A DNA stretch of 59,988 nucleotides from Opitutia bacterium (GTDB lineage: Bacteria > Verrucomicrobiota > Verrucomicrobiia > Opitutales > T3Sed10-336): NCBI GenBank assembly GCA_050506795.1, contig JBJHCF010000032.1, positions 1 to 59,988 on the forward strand, in the 5' to 3' direction. This document shows, in pieces, positions 8,975 through 17,310 of this stretch. The notes beneath the pieces are model-generated. The model was not told where the DNA came from. It saw only the letters and a list, made by a program, of their open reading frames with translations, and ran no database searches. Position numbers and translations under genes: made by a program. Numbering within the stretch: position 1 is the stretch's first letter; each line of letters begins with the position of its first letter.

Positions 8975-9393
8975 TGCGCTACGTCCTCGATACGGCCACC
9001 TGGGTGAACAGCGTGACCATGCCAAAAGTGTTGCCTGCACGGATCCGCAAACTCATCGGAACGGCTACCGAACCGAAAGGGCTGTGCGCGATCAGCATGC
9101 TTGAATGCGCTGTGCTCCACCGACGGGGTCGCCTGAAGTTGGCGGGCTCGCTCGACGATTTCTTCACCGTCGCCTTGGCCGACGACATCGAGGTTCTGGA
9201 ACTGACTCCGGCGATCGCCGCCGCAACAAACAAACTTCCCGCTGATTTCCCGGGCGATCCTTTCGACCGTACTATTGCCGCGACAGCCCATGTGATGAAC
9301 CTGACACTGATTACCCCGGACCCCCTGATACGCGATGCGAACTTCTGCGAGATCGAGTTTTATCCGTTTCGCCCCGTCCGATCGCGGAAGTGA
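8971..9393 (+). CDS. vapC: VapC-family PIN toxin
   Basis: YVLDT, ISMLE, DPFDRTIAATA, LITPD. Confidence 0.9.
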   Translation: MMRYVLDTATWVNSVTMPKVLPARIRKLIGTATEPKGLCAISMLECAVLHRRGRLKLAGSLDDFFTVALADDIEVLELTPAIAAATNKLPADFPGDPFDRTIAATAHVMNLTLITPDPLIRDANFCEIEFYPFRPVRSRK

Positions 9394-9419
9394 TCACTTT
9401 CACCGAAGGAATCCCCTTC

Positions 9420-9585
9420 TCCGTGCACCATCATCAGCTCGAGGTTCCGAACCGCCGTGCCAGCGGCGCCGATGCCCAGATTGTCGAGCCTTGCCGTAAG
9501 GACGGCCTGTCCGAGCTCCTCCCGGGCAAATACCCGAAGCTCGAGCAGATTGGTATTGTTCAGGGCTTCAGGATCGAGTTCGGTT
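9420..9585 (-). pseudogene. argC: argC (N-acetyl-gamma-glutamyl-phosphate reductase) C-terminal remnant
   Basis: LDPEALNNTNLLELRVF...QAVLTARLDNLGIGAAGTAVRNLELM resembles the ArgC signature RLDNLGKGASGAAVQN. Confidence 0.7.
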
Positions 9586-10065
9586 TCAGTCATGGACCCG
9601 TTTTAGCACGATCGTCCGCGCTCGAAAGCCAAATCGGGCGTAAAACGCGACGGCTCTTTCGTTTCCACCGGCAACCATCACCGTCCTGGATTTCACCCCC
9701 GCATTCTTCATCCATGCCAAAGCGCGTCCGGTGAGTTCGGCGCCGATGCCTCGGCTTCGGAAGCTCTCTTCAACGAACATGGAATCGATCTCCCCTTGTC
9801 CGTCTCCCGAGATGCTGGAAATACAGTACGCGAGATACACGTTTTCCGGAGGCCGCGTGACGACATCCACCCGCAGCATACCACCCTGGGCCTTGGCCAG
9901 AAGTTCTTTCTTCCTGATCTCAAAAACCACGTTCGGCATCTCATGTGCGAACTGCCAGGAAAGCTCGCCATGATGCGCACGGAGTTTTTCCCAAAGCGGC
10001 TGGATTTCATCAATCCGCTCCGGGTCGATTTCCTTGTAGCTCAATTCACTTGCACTCATGGTCAT
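9586..10065 (-). CDS. GNAT acetyltransferase (intact)
   Basis: EIDSMFVEESFRSRGIG, GNERAVAFYARFGF. Confidence 0.9.
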   Translation of the reverse strand: MTMSASELSYKEIDPERIDEIQPLWEKLRAHHGELSWQFAHEMPNVVFEIRKKELLAKAQGGMLRVDVVTRPPENVYLAYCISSISGDGQGEIDSMFVEESFRSRGIGAELTGRALAWMKNAGVKSRTVMVAGGNERAVAFYARFGFRARTIVLKRVHD

Positions 10066-10098
10066 CGCTGTGCGCAATGTTTTCGGAAAAGCCTGCCA

Positions 10099-10434
10099 TC
10101 AGGGGAAACGCCTCAGGACCTCCTCGATCTCGCTTTGGAGTTCACTGCTGAAGTCTTTCAGGTCTTCCCTCTTCAGCATTCCGTGCCGGCGCATGAGGAT
10201 CATCGCCGTAAACATGTAGGATCGGGAGTGACGGTCAAGGCAGTCTTCGAGAATTTTCTTCTCCTTCTTCATTTTATCAAACGTATCCCAGAAGCATTCG
10301 GTCGGTGTCTTTTCGCGATCCATCAGCATGCGCACCAGTTCGTCGTTCTTTGCCATCAGGTACCGTTCCCTAACTTCCGGGACCTTTTTTCTGAAAAGCT
10401 TCCAATCGGATTCTTTCGGATTATCGATCATCAT
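10099..10434 (-). CDS. Small helical hypothetical protein
   Basis: 111 aa, ESDWKLFRKKVPE..; co-oriented with its neighbours and tightly spaced. Confidence 0.75.
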   Translation of the reverse strand: MMIDNPKESDWKLFRKKVPEVRERYLMAKNDELVRMLMDREKTPTECFWDTFDKMKKEKKILEDCLDRHSRSYMFTAMILMRRHGMLKREDLKDFSSELQSEIEEVLRRFP

Positions 10435-10440
10435 CGGTTC

Positions 10441-11583
10441 TTATTCGGTTCTGTCCGTTTTGTATAGTGTGTCGTTTCTCCATACCAGCCAGAGTAAGAA
10501 TCCCGCAGCGGCACCTCCAAGGTGCGCGAGCGCGGAGACATTGCTCCATCCTCCAAGCTGCAGCCAGACACCGAGCAACTGCAGGATCAACCAACCGGCA
10601 AAAATCATCCAGACAGGGAGGCAAAGCCACCGTCCGCCGCTCAACACCCAATACCACCAATGCGTCAGTCCGACTCGCGAACGTGGAAAAGTCAGCGCGT
10701 AGAAGGCGAGGATTCCGGATATTCCGCCGCTCGCCCCGATCACCGGGACGATTGATCGCGGATCCGGCAGGGTGTGCAAAATCGCTCCTCCCAGAGTTGC
10801 CGCGCCTATCAAGATAAGGTAGCGCCGCCGCCCGAGAAAGTCTTCCACGTTATCCCCGAAGGTGAGGAAGAAATACAAATTCACTGCCAGGTGCGCTAGA
10901 CCGCCATGTATGAAAAACGAAGTAAATACGGTCATACCGCCGTAGCGTAATGCCTCAGACGGAATGTAACCAAATCCACGAGCGGCTTCCGACAGGTTGG
11001 CGAGAGCAATCAATCCGATCATGGCCACCACCGCACCCAGCCCCCACGTAACCCAGGGCAAGTCCTTTTTCGCCGGAGCACCATACTGCACCGGCATCCC
11101 CAGCAAACCGGGAATCCACTTCCAAATCTCGTTCGGCCCCGAAACGCCGATTCCGGTTTCCGATTCTTCCGCCTCACGCTGAATACGTTCCACTTCGTGC
11201 AGGGCCATCAACTCCCTGGCTTGCTGTGGCAACTCCCTGTTTTTCTCCTCCGGAGCCGATTCCGGCAGGTCCTCGAACTCCCCGGGATCAAACCAAATCA
11301 CCTGGCAACGATCGCACATGTCGAGCGTCAGGTCGCGTCCGCTCTTCGCCGGAATATCCGCCACCTCAACCATCACCTGATCGCAATGAAAGCAGGGTCG
11401 GACCCGCGGAGCCTGCTTGTTCCGGGAGGTCCACCAAATGAGGTTGCGGTGATCCCTGTGACACACCTTCTCAAGAATCGGGAGGGTCATCCCCTTCCCG
11501 TGGCATTCGCCGCATACCCACATCAAACCGATATCCGCTTGCACACGGTCAAGATGGCTACGGCAATGGGGACAGACGAACAT
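10441..11583 (-). CDS. Rhomboid intramembrane serine protease with N-terminal zinc ribbons
   Basis: Four CxxC pairs, GLAHLAVN, IGASG (catalytic Ser), AHLGG (catalytic His); AGGAGG RBS. Confidence 0.9.
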   Translation of the reverse strand: MFVCPHCRSHLDRVQADIGLMWVCGECHGKGMTLPILEKVCHRDHRNLIWWTSRNKQAPRVRPCFHCDQVMVEVADIPAKSGRDLTLDMCDRCQVIWFDPGEFEDLPESAPEEKNRELPQQARELMALHEVERIQREAEESETGIGVSGPNEIWKWIPGLLGMPVQYGAPAKKDLPWVTWGLGAVVAMIGLIALANLSEAARGFGYIPSEALRYGGMTVFTSFFIHGGLAHLAVNLYFFLTFGDNVEDFLGRRRYLILIGAATLGGAILHTLPDPRSIVPVIGASGGISGILAFYALTFPRSRVGLTHWWYWVLSGGRWLCLPVWMIFAGWLILQLLGVWLQLGGWSNVSALAHLGGAAAGFLLWLVWRNDTLYKTDRTE

Positions 11584-11662
11584 GATCCTCCTTCTACACC
11601 ATTAATCGGGACTTTCCAGTCGAAATATTAACGGAATTCCATGGAATCCTTCTCAGGAACTA

Positions 11663-11848
11663 ACTAATCCGCCAGGAGGATCCCAAAACCCGGCACGATG
11701 ACCAATGCTCGGCGGCGTGATACCGGGACTCCTTTTCGTTCGGATCGGCGCCGGCGTTGAGCAGCGCCTCCACCGCGACAGACCATTGAGTATCGCCGCC
11801 ACCGCAACGGCCAAAGCAAAGGTACAGGAGCACACACTCCCGCCCGGC
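11663..11848 (-). pseudogene. Ankyrin-repeat gene remnant
   Basis: A frame absent from the ORF track reads LLYLCFGR...AVEALLNAGADPNEKESRYHAAEH; no start codon. Confidence 0.55.
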
Positions 11849-11857
11849 ACGATCGTC

Positions 11858-11893
11858 TTGACAGGCTCGATGAGATATATCAAGGTAATTACC
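11858..11893 (+). promoter_or_regulatory. Promoter/operator of TA pair 2
   Basis: TTGACA-N17-CAAGGT; palindrome GGTAATTACC at 11884-11893 abuts the ATG. Confidence 0.55.
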
Positions 11894-12118
11894 ATGAAAA
11901 CGGCACGCTTATTTACCACGGGCCGCTCAAAAGCGGTGAGGATCCCCAAAGCCTGGGTCGAGGGGGTTCATGAAATGGAAATGGAACACAAGGGCGGAAA
12001 GATCGTGCTGAGTCCGAAAAAAGTCGACCTTTGGGACGTGGCGGAAGCGTGCCGCGAGAAGAAGGCGACAATCAAACGTCTTCCGCAGACACGAACCGGT
12101 GTCAGGGTGAAATTCTGA
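11894..12118 (+). CDS. vapB: VapB antitoxin (AbrB/MazE fold)
   Basis: MKTARLFTTGRSKAVRIPK. Confidence 0.9.
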   Translation: MKTARLFTTGRSKAVRIPKAWVEGVHEMEMEHKGGKIVLSPKKVDLWDVAEACREKKATIKRLPQTRTGVRVKF

Positions 12119-12516
12119 TGGCTGCGATCCTGCTCGACACTTCGGTATGTATTGAGATCCTGCGAGGGAATCCGCCTCCCTCGACGCTGAAGCGTCGGCG
12201 ATTTGTCATTTCTTCGATCGTTGAAGCGGAGTTATGGGCTGGTGTCTATCATACGGGCGGCCACCAGGAGCGTCTCAAGGTGGAAAGGCTGCTGGCGGCG
12301 GCGGAACGAATTCCCTTCGATTCATCGGCTGCGGAAGCAACCGGGAAGGTGCTGGGAAGCCTCGCGCAATCCGGGCGAAAGATCGGAGACTTCGATGCTC
12401 AAATCGCGGGGCACGCCCTGGCGACCAAATCCGACCTTCTCACCAAAAACCCCAAACACTTTTCGCGTGTGCAAGGTTTGAAAATAATCAACTGGCCCGG
12501 GAAACATCGTCGTTGA
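12118..12516 (+). CDS. vapC: VapC-family PIN toxin
   Basis: LLDTSVCI, IVEAEL, IGDFDAQIAGHAL, TKNPKHFSRV; TGATG coupling to vapB. Confidence 0.9.
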   Translation: MAAILLDTSVCIEILRGNPPPSTLKRRRFVISSIVEAELWAGVYHTGGHQERLKVERLLAAAERIPFDSSAAEATGKVLGSLAQSGRKIGDFDAQIAGHALATKSDLLTKNPKHFSRVQGLKIINWPGKHRR

Positions 12517-12779
12517 ATAGCCCTTCCATGGCTGGAGCACTCCCGCATGCCACTCCCCTAGCTCGAAGAATCTTATAGAAAAATCGGTCGGGACTGTAAG
12601 ATTTTTGGATTGCGCGCGACTAACCCTAACAAAGCACTGTGGCTATTTACCTTTTTATCGATCACATGAATCAAGACGCCGTTAAAAAGGCGCTTCTGAA
12701 TTTATTCCAAGACCTGGAAGCACAAATCGACTCGGATGGATCTGTACGGGTCGCGTCACCGCAACCGGTGACCCCCGGT

Positions 12780-13937
12780 ATGACATCAAAGGTTTTCATC
12801 CTGCTGGCCGTGGCCGCGGTCTGTTTTTTCGTCACCAACCTCGCAGCCATAACAGCAACCGCCGACTCTGCCGAAACATACGACGATGCCGTCGAACAAA
12901 TGCTCGAGGACATACGTTTTAAATATAAACTGCCCGCGCTGGCGGGCGCCGCGGTGCGCGACGGCGAAATCGTCGCCCTCGGCGCGGTCGGAAGCCGTAA
13001 ACAAGGCGACCCGACCCGGGTGGAGAAAGATGACCGGTTTCATATCGGTTCGCTGACCAAGTCGATGACCGCGACCGTGGCCGCGATGCTGGTCGAAGAC
13101 GGGGTTCTCTCCTGGACCACCACGATCGAAGAAGTGTTTCCCGACTTCGCGGATTCCATCCATCCCGATTATCGGAACGCCACCCTCGAACAACTCCTGG
13201 CGCACCGGGCCGGCGCCCCTGCAAACCCGCCGGCATCGCTCTGGCGCGCCGCCTGGCGAGCTCAAGGCACCCCCACCGAACAAAGGATGCAATTCGTTCG
13301 GGGACTGTTGGAACGCAAGCCTGAAGCGTATCCGGGTGAAGAATACATCTACTCGAACCAGGGTTACGCCATAGCCGGCACCATGCTGGAAGTCGCCGGC
13401 GGTTTGGGTTGGGAGGAGTTGATGTGTACCCGCCTGTTCCAACCGTTGGGAATGACGACGGCAGGGTTTGGGCCGCCGGCGTCGCCGGGGAATATCGACC
13501 AGCCATGGGGACACCGCAACCAGCCGCTAGCCGGAAACAGCCCCGTCCCTCCGGGTCCCCAAGCCGACAACCCGGCTGCCATCGGTCCGGCAGGAACCGT
13601 TCATGGTTCGGTCGAAGACCTCACCAGGTACGCCATTTTTCATCTCAACGCCGCCAACGGAAAAACCGACCTCCTCCACCCCGAATCGGTGGCAAAACTC
13701 CACACTCCGGTTGAGGGTCAGGACTACTCCCTCGGCTGGATCGTGACGGAACGCAGCTGGGCCGGAGGGCGCGCCCTGACGCACGCGGGATCGAACACCA
13801 TGTTTTATGCCCTGATCTGGTTGGCACCCGAACGGGATCTCGCTTTGATCGCCGCTACCAACAGCGGCGCCAGTAATGCATTCAGCGCCTGCGACGAAAC
13901 CGTTGTGAATCTGTTGAGGAGCCTGGAAAGCGAATAG
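12780..13937 (+). CDS. Secreted serine hydrolase, beta-lactamase/AmpC-like family
   Basis: SxxK (SLTK), LLAHRAG, YSN, HAGSN. A signal peptide follows ATG 12780; the frame is open from 12639, so the start is uncertain. Confidence 0.85.
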   Translation: MTSKVFILLAVAAVCFFVTNLAAITATADSAETYDDAVEQMLEDIRFKYKLPALAGAAVRDGEIVALGAVGSRKQGDPTRVEKDDRFHIGSLTKSMTATVAAMLVEDGVLSWTTTIEEVFPDFADSIHPDYRNATLEQLLAHRAGAPANPPASLWRAAWRAQGTPTEQRMQFVRGLLERKPEAYPGEEYIYSNQGYAIAGTMLEVAGGLGWEELMCTRLFQPLGMTTAGFGPPASPGNIDQPWGHRNQPLAGNSPVPPGPQADNPAAIGPAGTVHGSVEDLTRYAIFHLNAANGKTDLLHPESVAKLHTPVEGQDYSLGWIVTERSWAGGRALTHAGSNTMFYALIWLAPERDLALIAATNSGASNAFSACDETVVNLLRSLESE

Positions 13938-13956
13938 GGCCAGGCTGGCCCACGAC

Positions 13957-14355
13957 TCAGACACCTCGATGGCTAAGGATCATCAGGCGCGGGATTCGCT
14001 CGAAATGCCTTGGGTTTTCAGTGACCAGGGGAAAGCGAAACGTTAACGCGGTGGCGGCGATCCAGAGATCGTTATCGGAAATCGGCACCCCATTTTTCCG
14101 TAGATCTCGAAATACACGTGCGGCTGTCCACAACACATCCTCCTCCAAGCCGAGAACCAGAAAACCCTGGCAAAACGATTCCCATTTTTCACGCGATGAG
14201 AACCCTCGGGCCAATTCCCCCCGAGTGATAACGCTCATGGCGAATTCGTCACTCTGATGTTGTTCGAGAAACCCGTGTGCGGAAGATGGCTTTTTTCTTC
14301 GTTGCTCCCGGTCGAGATCAATGAAGAACGTCGAGTCTAAAATCAACGTTGCCAT
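13957..14355 (-). CDS. vapC: VapC-family PIN toxin
   Basis: LILDSTF, ITRGEL, DNDLWIAATA, VTENPRHF. Confidence 0.9.
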   Translation of the reverse strand: MATLILDSTFFIDLDREQRRKKPSSAHGFLEQHQSDEFAMSVITRGELARGFSSREKWESFCQGFLVLGLEEDVLWTAARVFRDLRKNGVPISDNDLWIAATALTFRFPLVTENPRHFERIPRLMILSHRGV

Positions 14356-14603
14356 GGCGATCGGGCAGGTTCGGCGCGACGCCGTCCCTCCTCAATCCTT
14401 TCAGCACCCTCGGAATCCAGGAATCCTTTGGACGCCGAACGGTTCAGCTTCTTGAGGAATTCCGCGCCCGTTATCCCGCGCGGTTCGCGAATCAGCAGGA
14501 AGGTCCCATCGGGGCTGAGAATCCGCACGGTTTCACCGCGGGCCGCCTTGGCTCGGTACCGGGAGAAATTACGGGAAAAATCCCTGGCATTGGTTTCGAT
14601 CAT
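14343..14603 (-). CDS. Antitoxin, Phd/YefM-like
   Basis: MIETNARDFSRNFSRYRAKAARGETVRI; overlaps the PIN gene. Confidence 0.8.
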   Translation of the reverse strand: MIETNARDFSRNFSRYRAKAARGETVRILSPDGTFLLIREPRGITGAEFLKKLNRSASKGFLDSEGAERIEEGRRRAEPARSPWQR

Positions 14604-14640
14604 GTCAGACAAATATCTGACAGTATCGCACGATTGTCAA
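14603..14640 (-). promoter_or_regulatory. Promoter and palindromic operator of TA pair 3
   Basis: TTGACA-N17-GATATT; TGTCAGA-N6-TCTGACA at 14603-14622 covers the -10. Confidence 0.7.
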
Positions 14641-14737
14641 GTCTTGCCGAATATTCCAACTTCAGCCTGCGGCGCGGGAGCGCCACCCTACAGGGCGGAA
14701 TCCAATTCGCCCTTCCCTGGAGGGCTATGCTTCGGCA

Positions 14738-15553
14738 TCAATCCCGCGCCAGGGCTTGTGTCACCGCCGCATGGATACCCGACCCGCGCAGGTCCCGGGC
14801 TACGATTTCGCCTTCCGGGCCGATCAGGAAAATTGCGGGAATGCCCTGCACGCCGAAATCGGCCGGGACTTCGGAGCTCGAGGAGGGACCCACAAATCCC
14901 TGGATCCAGTCGAAGCCGTGCTCGCGGGCATAGTCCCGCGGAGCATCCGGTTCGTCATCCAGGCTCAGGGCGATTACGACCAGGCGATCATCGTCGGCAT
15001 AGGCTTCGTGCACCTCCCGGATGTTCGGCTTTTCCAGGATACACGGCCCGCACCAGGTGGCCCAGAAATCGAGCTGGACGTATTGGCCGCGAAAATCCGC
15101 TAGACGCAAGGGCTCCCCATCCACCGTTTCGATGGAAAAATCCATGATGCTTCGTTCACCGTTCACTCCGGGAAACAGAGGAACTTCCAGCGTGCCCAGG
15201 TCTACCGCATCCGCGCCTTCCGGGACAACCACCTCATGTCTCACATTGGCGATAGTCCGAGGAAGAACCGGGACCCCGGCTTCCATCGTTTGCCGGATAT
15301 CACCCACCAGCTCATAGGTGCCGGGAGGAACGTGACGCTGAGTGAAGTTTCCGTCCGCATCAACCTGAAGCGTGGAGTACACTCGGGAATGTCTGACCTG
15401 TGTTCCCTCGGGAGACAACCAATAGTCGCGTAGTTTCTCACGCCGCATCTCGGGGTCCTCTTCATCGGCAAAGGGCAGGGGTGTCGACGGGGTTTGCAGT
15501 CGAGTGGTGTTAAGGCCGCGGGACAGGTCGATTTCCCGATCAGTTCCGGTCAC
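14738..15553 (-). CDS. TlpA-family thiol-disulfide reductase domain with upstream beta-sandwich; probably the 3' remnant of an M56 fusion gene
   Basis: LDFWATWCGPC, GVQGIPAIFLIGPEG; DADGNFTQRHVPPGTYEL. Confidence 0.8.
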   Translation of the reverse strand: MTGTDREIDLSRGLNTTRLQTPSTPLPFADEEDPEMRREKLRDYWLSPEGTQVRHSRVYSTLQVDADGNFTQRHVPPGTYELVGDIRQTMEAGVPVLPRTIANVRHEVVVPEGADAVDLGTLEVPLFPGVNGERSIMDFSIETVDGEPLRLADFRGQYVQLDFWATWCGPCILEKPNIREVHEAYADDDRLVVIALSLDDEPDAPRDYAREHGFDWIQGFVGPSSSSEVPADFGVQGIPAIFLIGPEGEIVARDLRGSGIHAAVTQALARD

Positions 15554-15999
15554 GTGCAGACGACCGGAGACCGTGACGCCGTCGCCGACATAAAGGTTTC
15601 GCTTTCCCTCGCCGAAGTCGGGGGCGGCATAACCTGATCGAATCTATCGAGGGGAGAAAACTCCCAGGGCGCCGAGCCATGATAGGCCGATTCACCGGGT
15701 AGCGCCGTCGCCCTTTCGGCCGGGGGTTCAATCACCGCACTTTCGAATGCCGCCTGGTCGGGGACCGGCGTTCCCCCACCCGCGCCGATCATTGCGACAT
15801 TAAAAATGCTGACCGGGCTTTCCGGTGAATACGGAACTGCCAGACGAACAACGACTACCACCCAGAGCGCGTACTTCCAACGGGCACTCAGGCGATTCCG
15901 GAAAAGCCATTGCACCGCCAGTATCAGGATCACCAGCACGGCGGCCTGCCAGGAGGTACGCAAGAGCCAGACAACAAAGGTTTCGAGGTAACTTTCCAT
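15550..15999 (-). pseudogene. BlaR1/peptidase M56 N-terminal fragment
   Basis: SWQAAVLVILIL..LSARWKYALWVVVVVRLAVP, directly after blaI; no HExxH before the stop. Confidence 0.75.
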
Positions 16000-16000
16000 C

Positions 16001-16372
16001 TCATTTCTCCTTCTCTTCGAGTATGCGTTTCAAACGTTCAATCTCCTCCTGGCTGAGATCGGCCTCCCGGACCAGGTTCAACAACATAGGCCCCGTTTCG
16101 CCGCCGAACACCCGTTGGGCAAAGGAGCGGCTTTCCCGCCGGACGCACTGCTGCATGTCGATGGCCGGATGGTAAAGGTACCGCTTGCCGTCAGGAACGG
16201 TCTGCAACGCCCCCTTCTTCACCAGGCGGTCGAGCAACGTCCTTATGGTGCGCGAACGCCACTCCTTCTGTACGGAGAGGACTTCAACAACCCGGCTGGA
16301 GGAAACCCCCGGCTCCTTCCAGACCAGGTTCATCACTTCCCACTCGGAGTCCGATATCTTGATGGATTTCAT
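16001..16372 (-). CDS. BlaI/MecI/CopY family repressor
   Basis: ISDSEWEVMNLVW, TIRTLLDRLVKKG, RYLYHP, LSQEEIERLKRIL. Confidence 0.92.
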   Translation of the reverse strand: MKSIKISDSEWEVMNLVWKEPGVSSSRVVEVLSVQKEWRSRTIRTLLDRLVKKGALQTVPDGKRYLYHPAIDMQQCVRRESRSFAQRVFGGETGPMLLNLVREADLSQEEIERLKRILEEKEK

Positions 16373-16401
16373 GGGCGTATTTTTAATGGGCAAACCACTA
16401 T

Positions 16402-16417
16402 TGCTACACCTGTAGCA
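16402..16417. promoter_or_regulatory. BlaI/CopY-type operator
   Basis: TGCTACA-CC-TGTAGCA contains the canonical TACA-N2-TGTA, about 30 bp upstream of the repressor ATG. Confidence 0.8.
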
Positions 16418-16755
16418 CTTGATCAAGAACTTTCTCTCAAAAAACGGATCCGGAACAACGGTTACCCGAATCGAGCGGAGCCGGAACCAATCAGGAGTTA
16501 CGGGGCTAACCTGAATGACTTCGAACTGCCGTTGGGGAAAAGTGTCGCGTTACACGGGGGTCATAGACGACGTGTACGAACGTGAGAGGGACCTTTATAT
16601 CTTCATTACTCCGAGGCTGGTCGAGAAGCATGGTGAGGCCGAAGGTGGTGAACCGGCCGTGCGACATCGAGTTCGAGTAGAACCAATGTAAAAACGGGAA
16701 GCCTGCCTGTAATAATCCAGATCCGCAGTCGTTGCGGTGACTCATCCACGTTTCC

Positions 16756-17088
16756 TCAATGCATTCGTCGTTCCCAGCGACGACGGGCATGGAGCATGCA
16801 GATCACCATGGCAATTCCCGGAGCCCACATGAACATAAAAAAGCCCCCGTTGCGCAGACCGGAAGTCGCCATTTCGGCGAGGGTGTAATCCATTCCGGCC
16901 AGAGTACCGACCACCACAAAGGCCACCATACCGATAAAAGCGCCCATCGCAATCAGTGCCGCCGTATAAATCAGTACCAGGGCTCCCCAGAATAACGTCC
17001 CTCGAAGAAGGAACCCCAGCAAAGGCCATCCGGTCCGGCCCCCGAACAGCGGAATAAGAGGTTCGTCGTTTTGCCGCGTTGCCGTCAT
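16756..17088 (-). CDS. Small hypothetical membrane protein
   Basis: 110 aa with 2-3 hydrophobic segments. Confidence 0.7.
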   Translation of the reverse strand: MTATRQNDEPLIPLFGGRTGWPLLGFLLRGTLFWGALVLIYTAALIAMGAFIGMVAFVVVGTLAGMDYTLAEMATSGLRNGGFFMFMWAPGIAMVICMLHARRRWERRMH

Positions 17089-17115
17089 GTACGGGAGAAA
17101 TAGGTTGTTGGTTTT

Positions 17116-17260
17116 ACCACTAATCTTCACTTATCAGCACGAATAAATAGCTTACCTACAGGCACAGCTATCGATTCCATTCACTCAGAGGGCGAAGCCA
17201 CGGCAAGCATCATTTTAATGCCATGTTTTTGATTAGTGTGAATTAGCGTCAATTAGTGGT
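17116..17260. repeat. Inverted pair of periodic arms (17116-17144, 17232-17260)
   Basis: ACCACTAATCTTCACTTATCAGCACGAAT / ATTAGTGTGAATTAGCGTCAATTAGTGGT, about 20/29 complementary with 10-bp units. Confidence 0.65.
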
Positions 17261-17310
17261 CCCCAAACTGATTGTCTTGCCTTCATCGGTCTTGAAAATC
17301 AATCCGCGTA

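Noticed and set aside
12780..13937. Calling this a true beta-lactamase resistance gene under BlaI control
   Set aside because: SxxK/YxN motifs are shared by many esterases and peptidases, and no BlaI box was seen upstream
16506..16790. 94-aa ORF between the membrane protein and blaI
   Set aside because: No recognisable motif or RBS; it may be a remnant but cannot be supported
1801..17260. Classical integron / attC array
   Set aside because: No tyrosine recombinase was seen. Isolated GTTAGCC-like words (6457, 7436, about 16505) lack paired inverse cores and consistent positions after stop codons.
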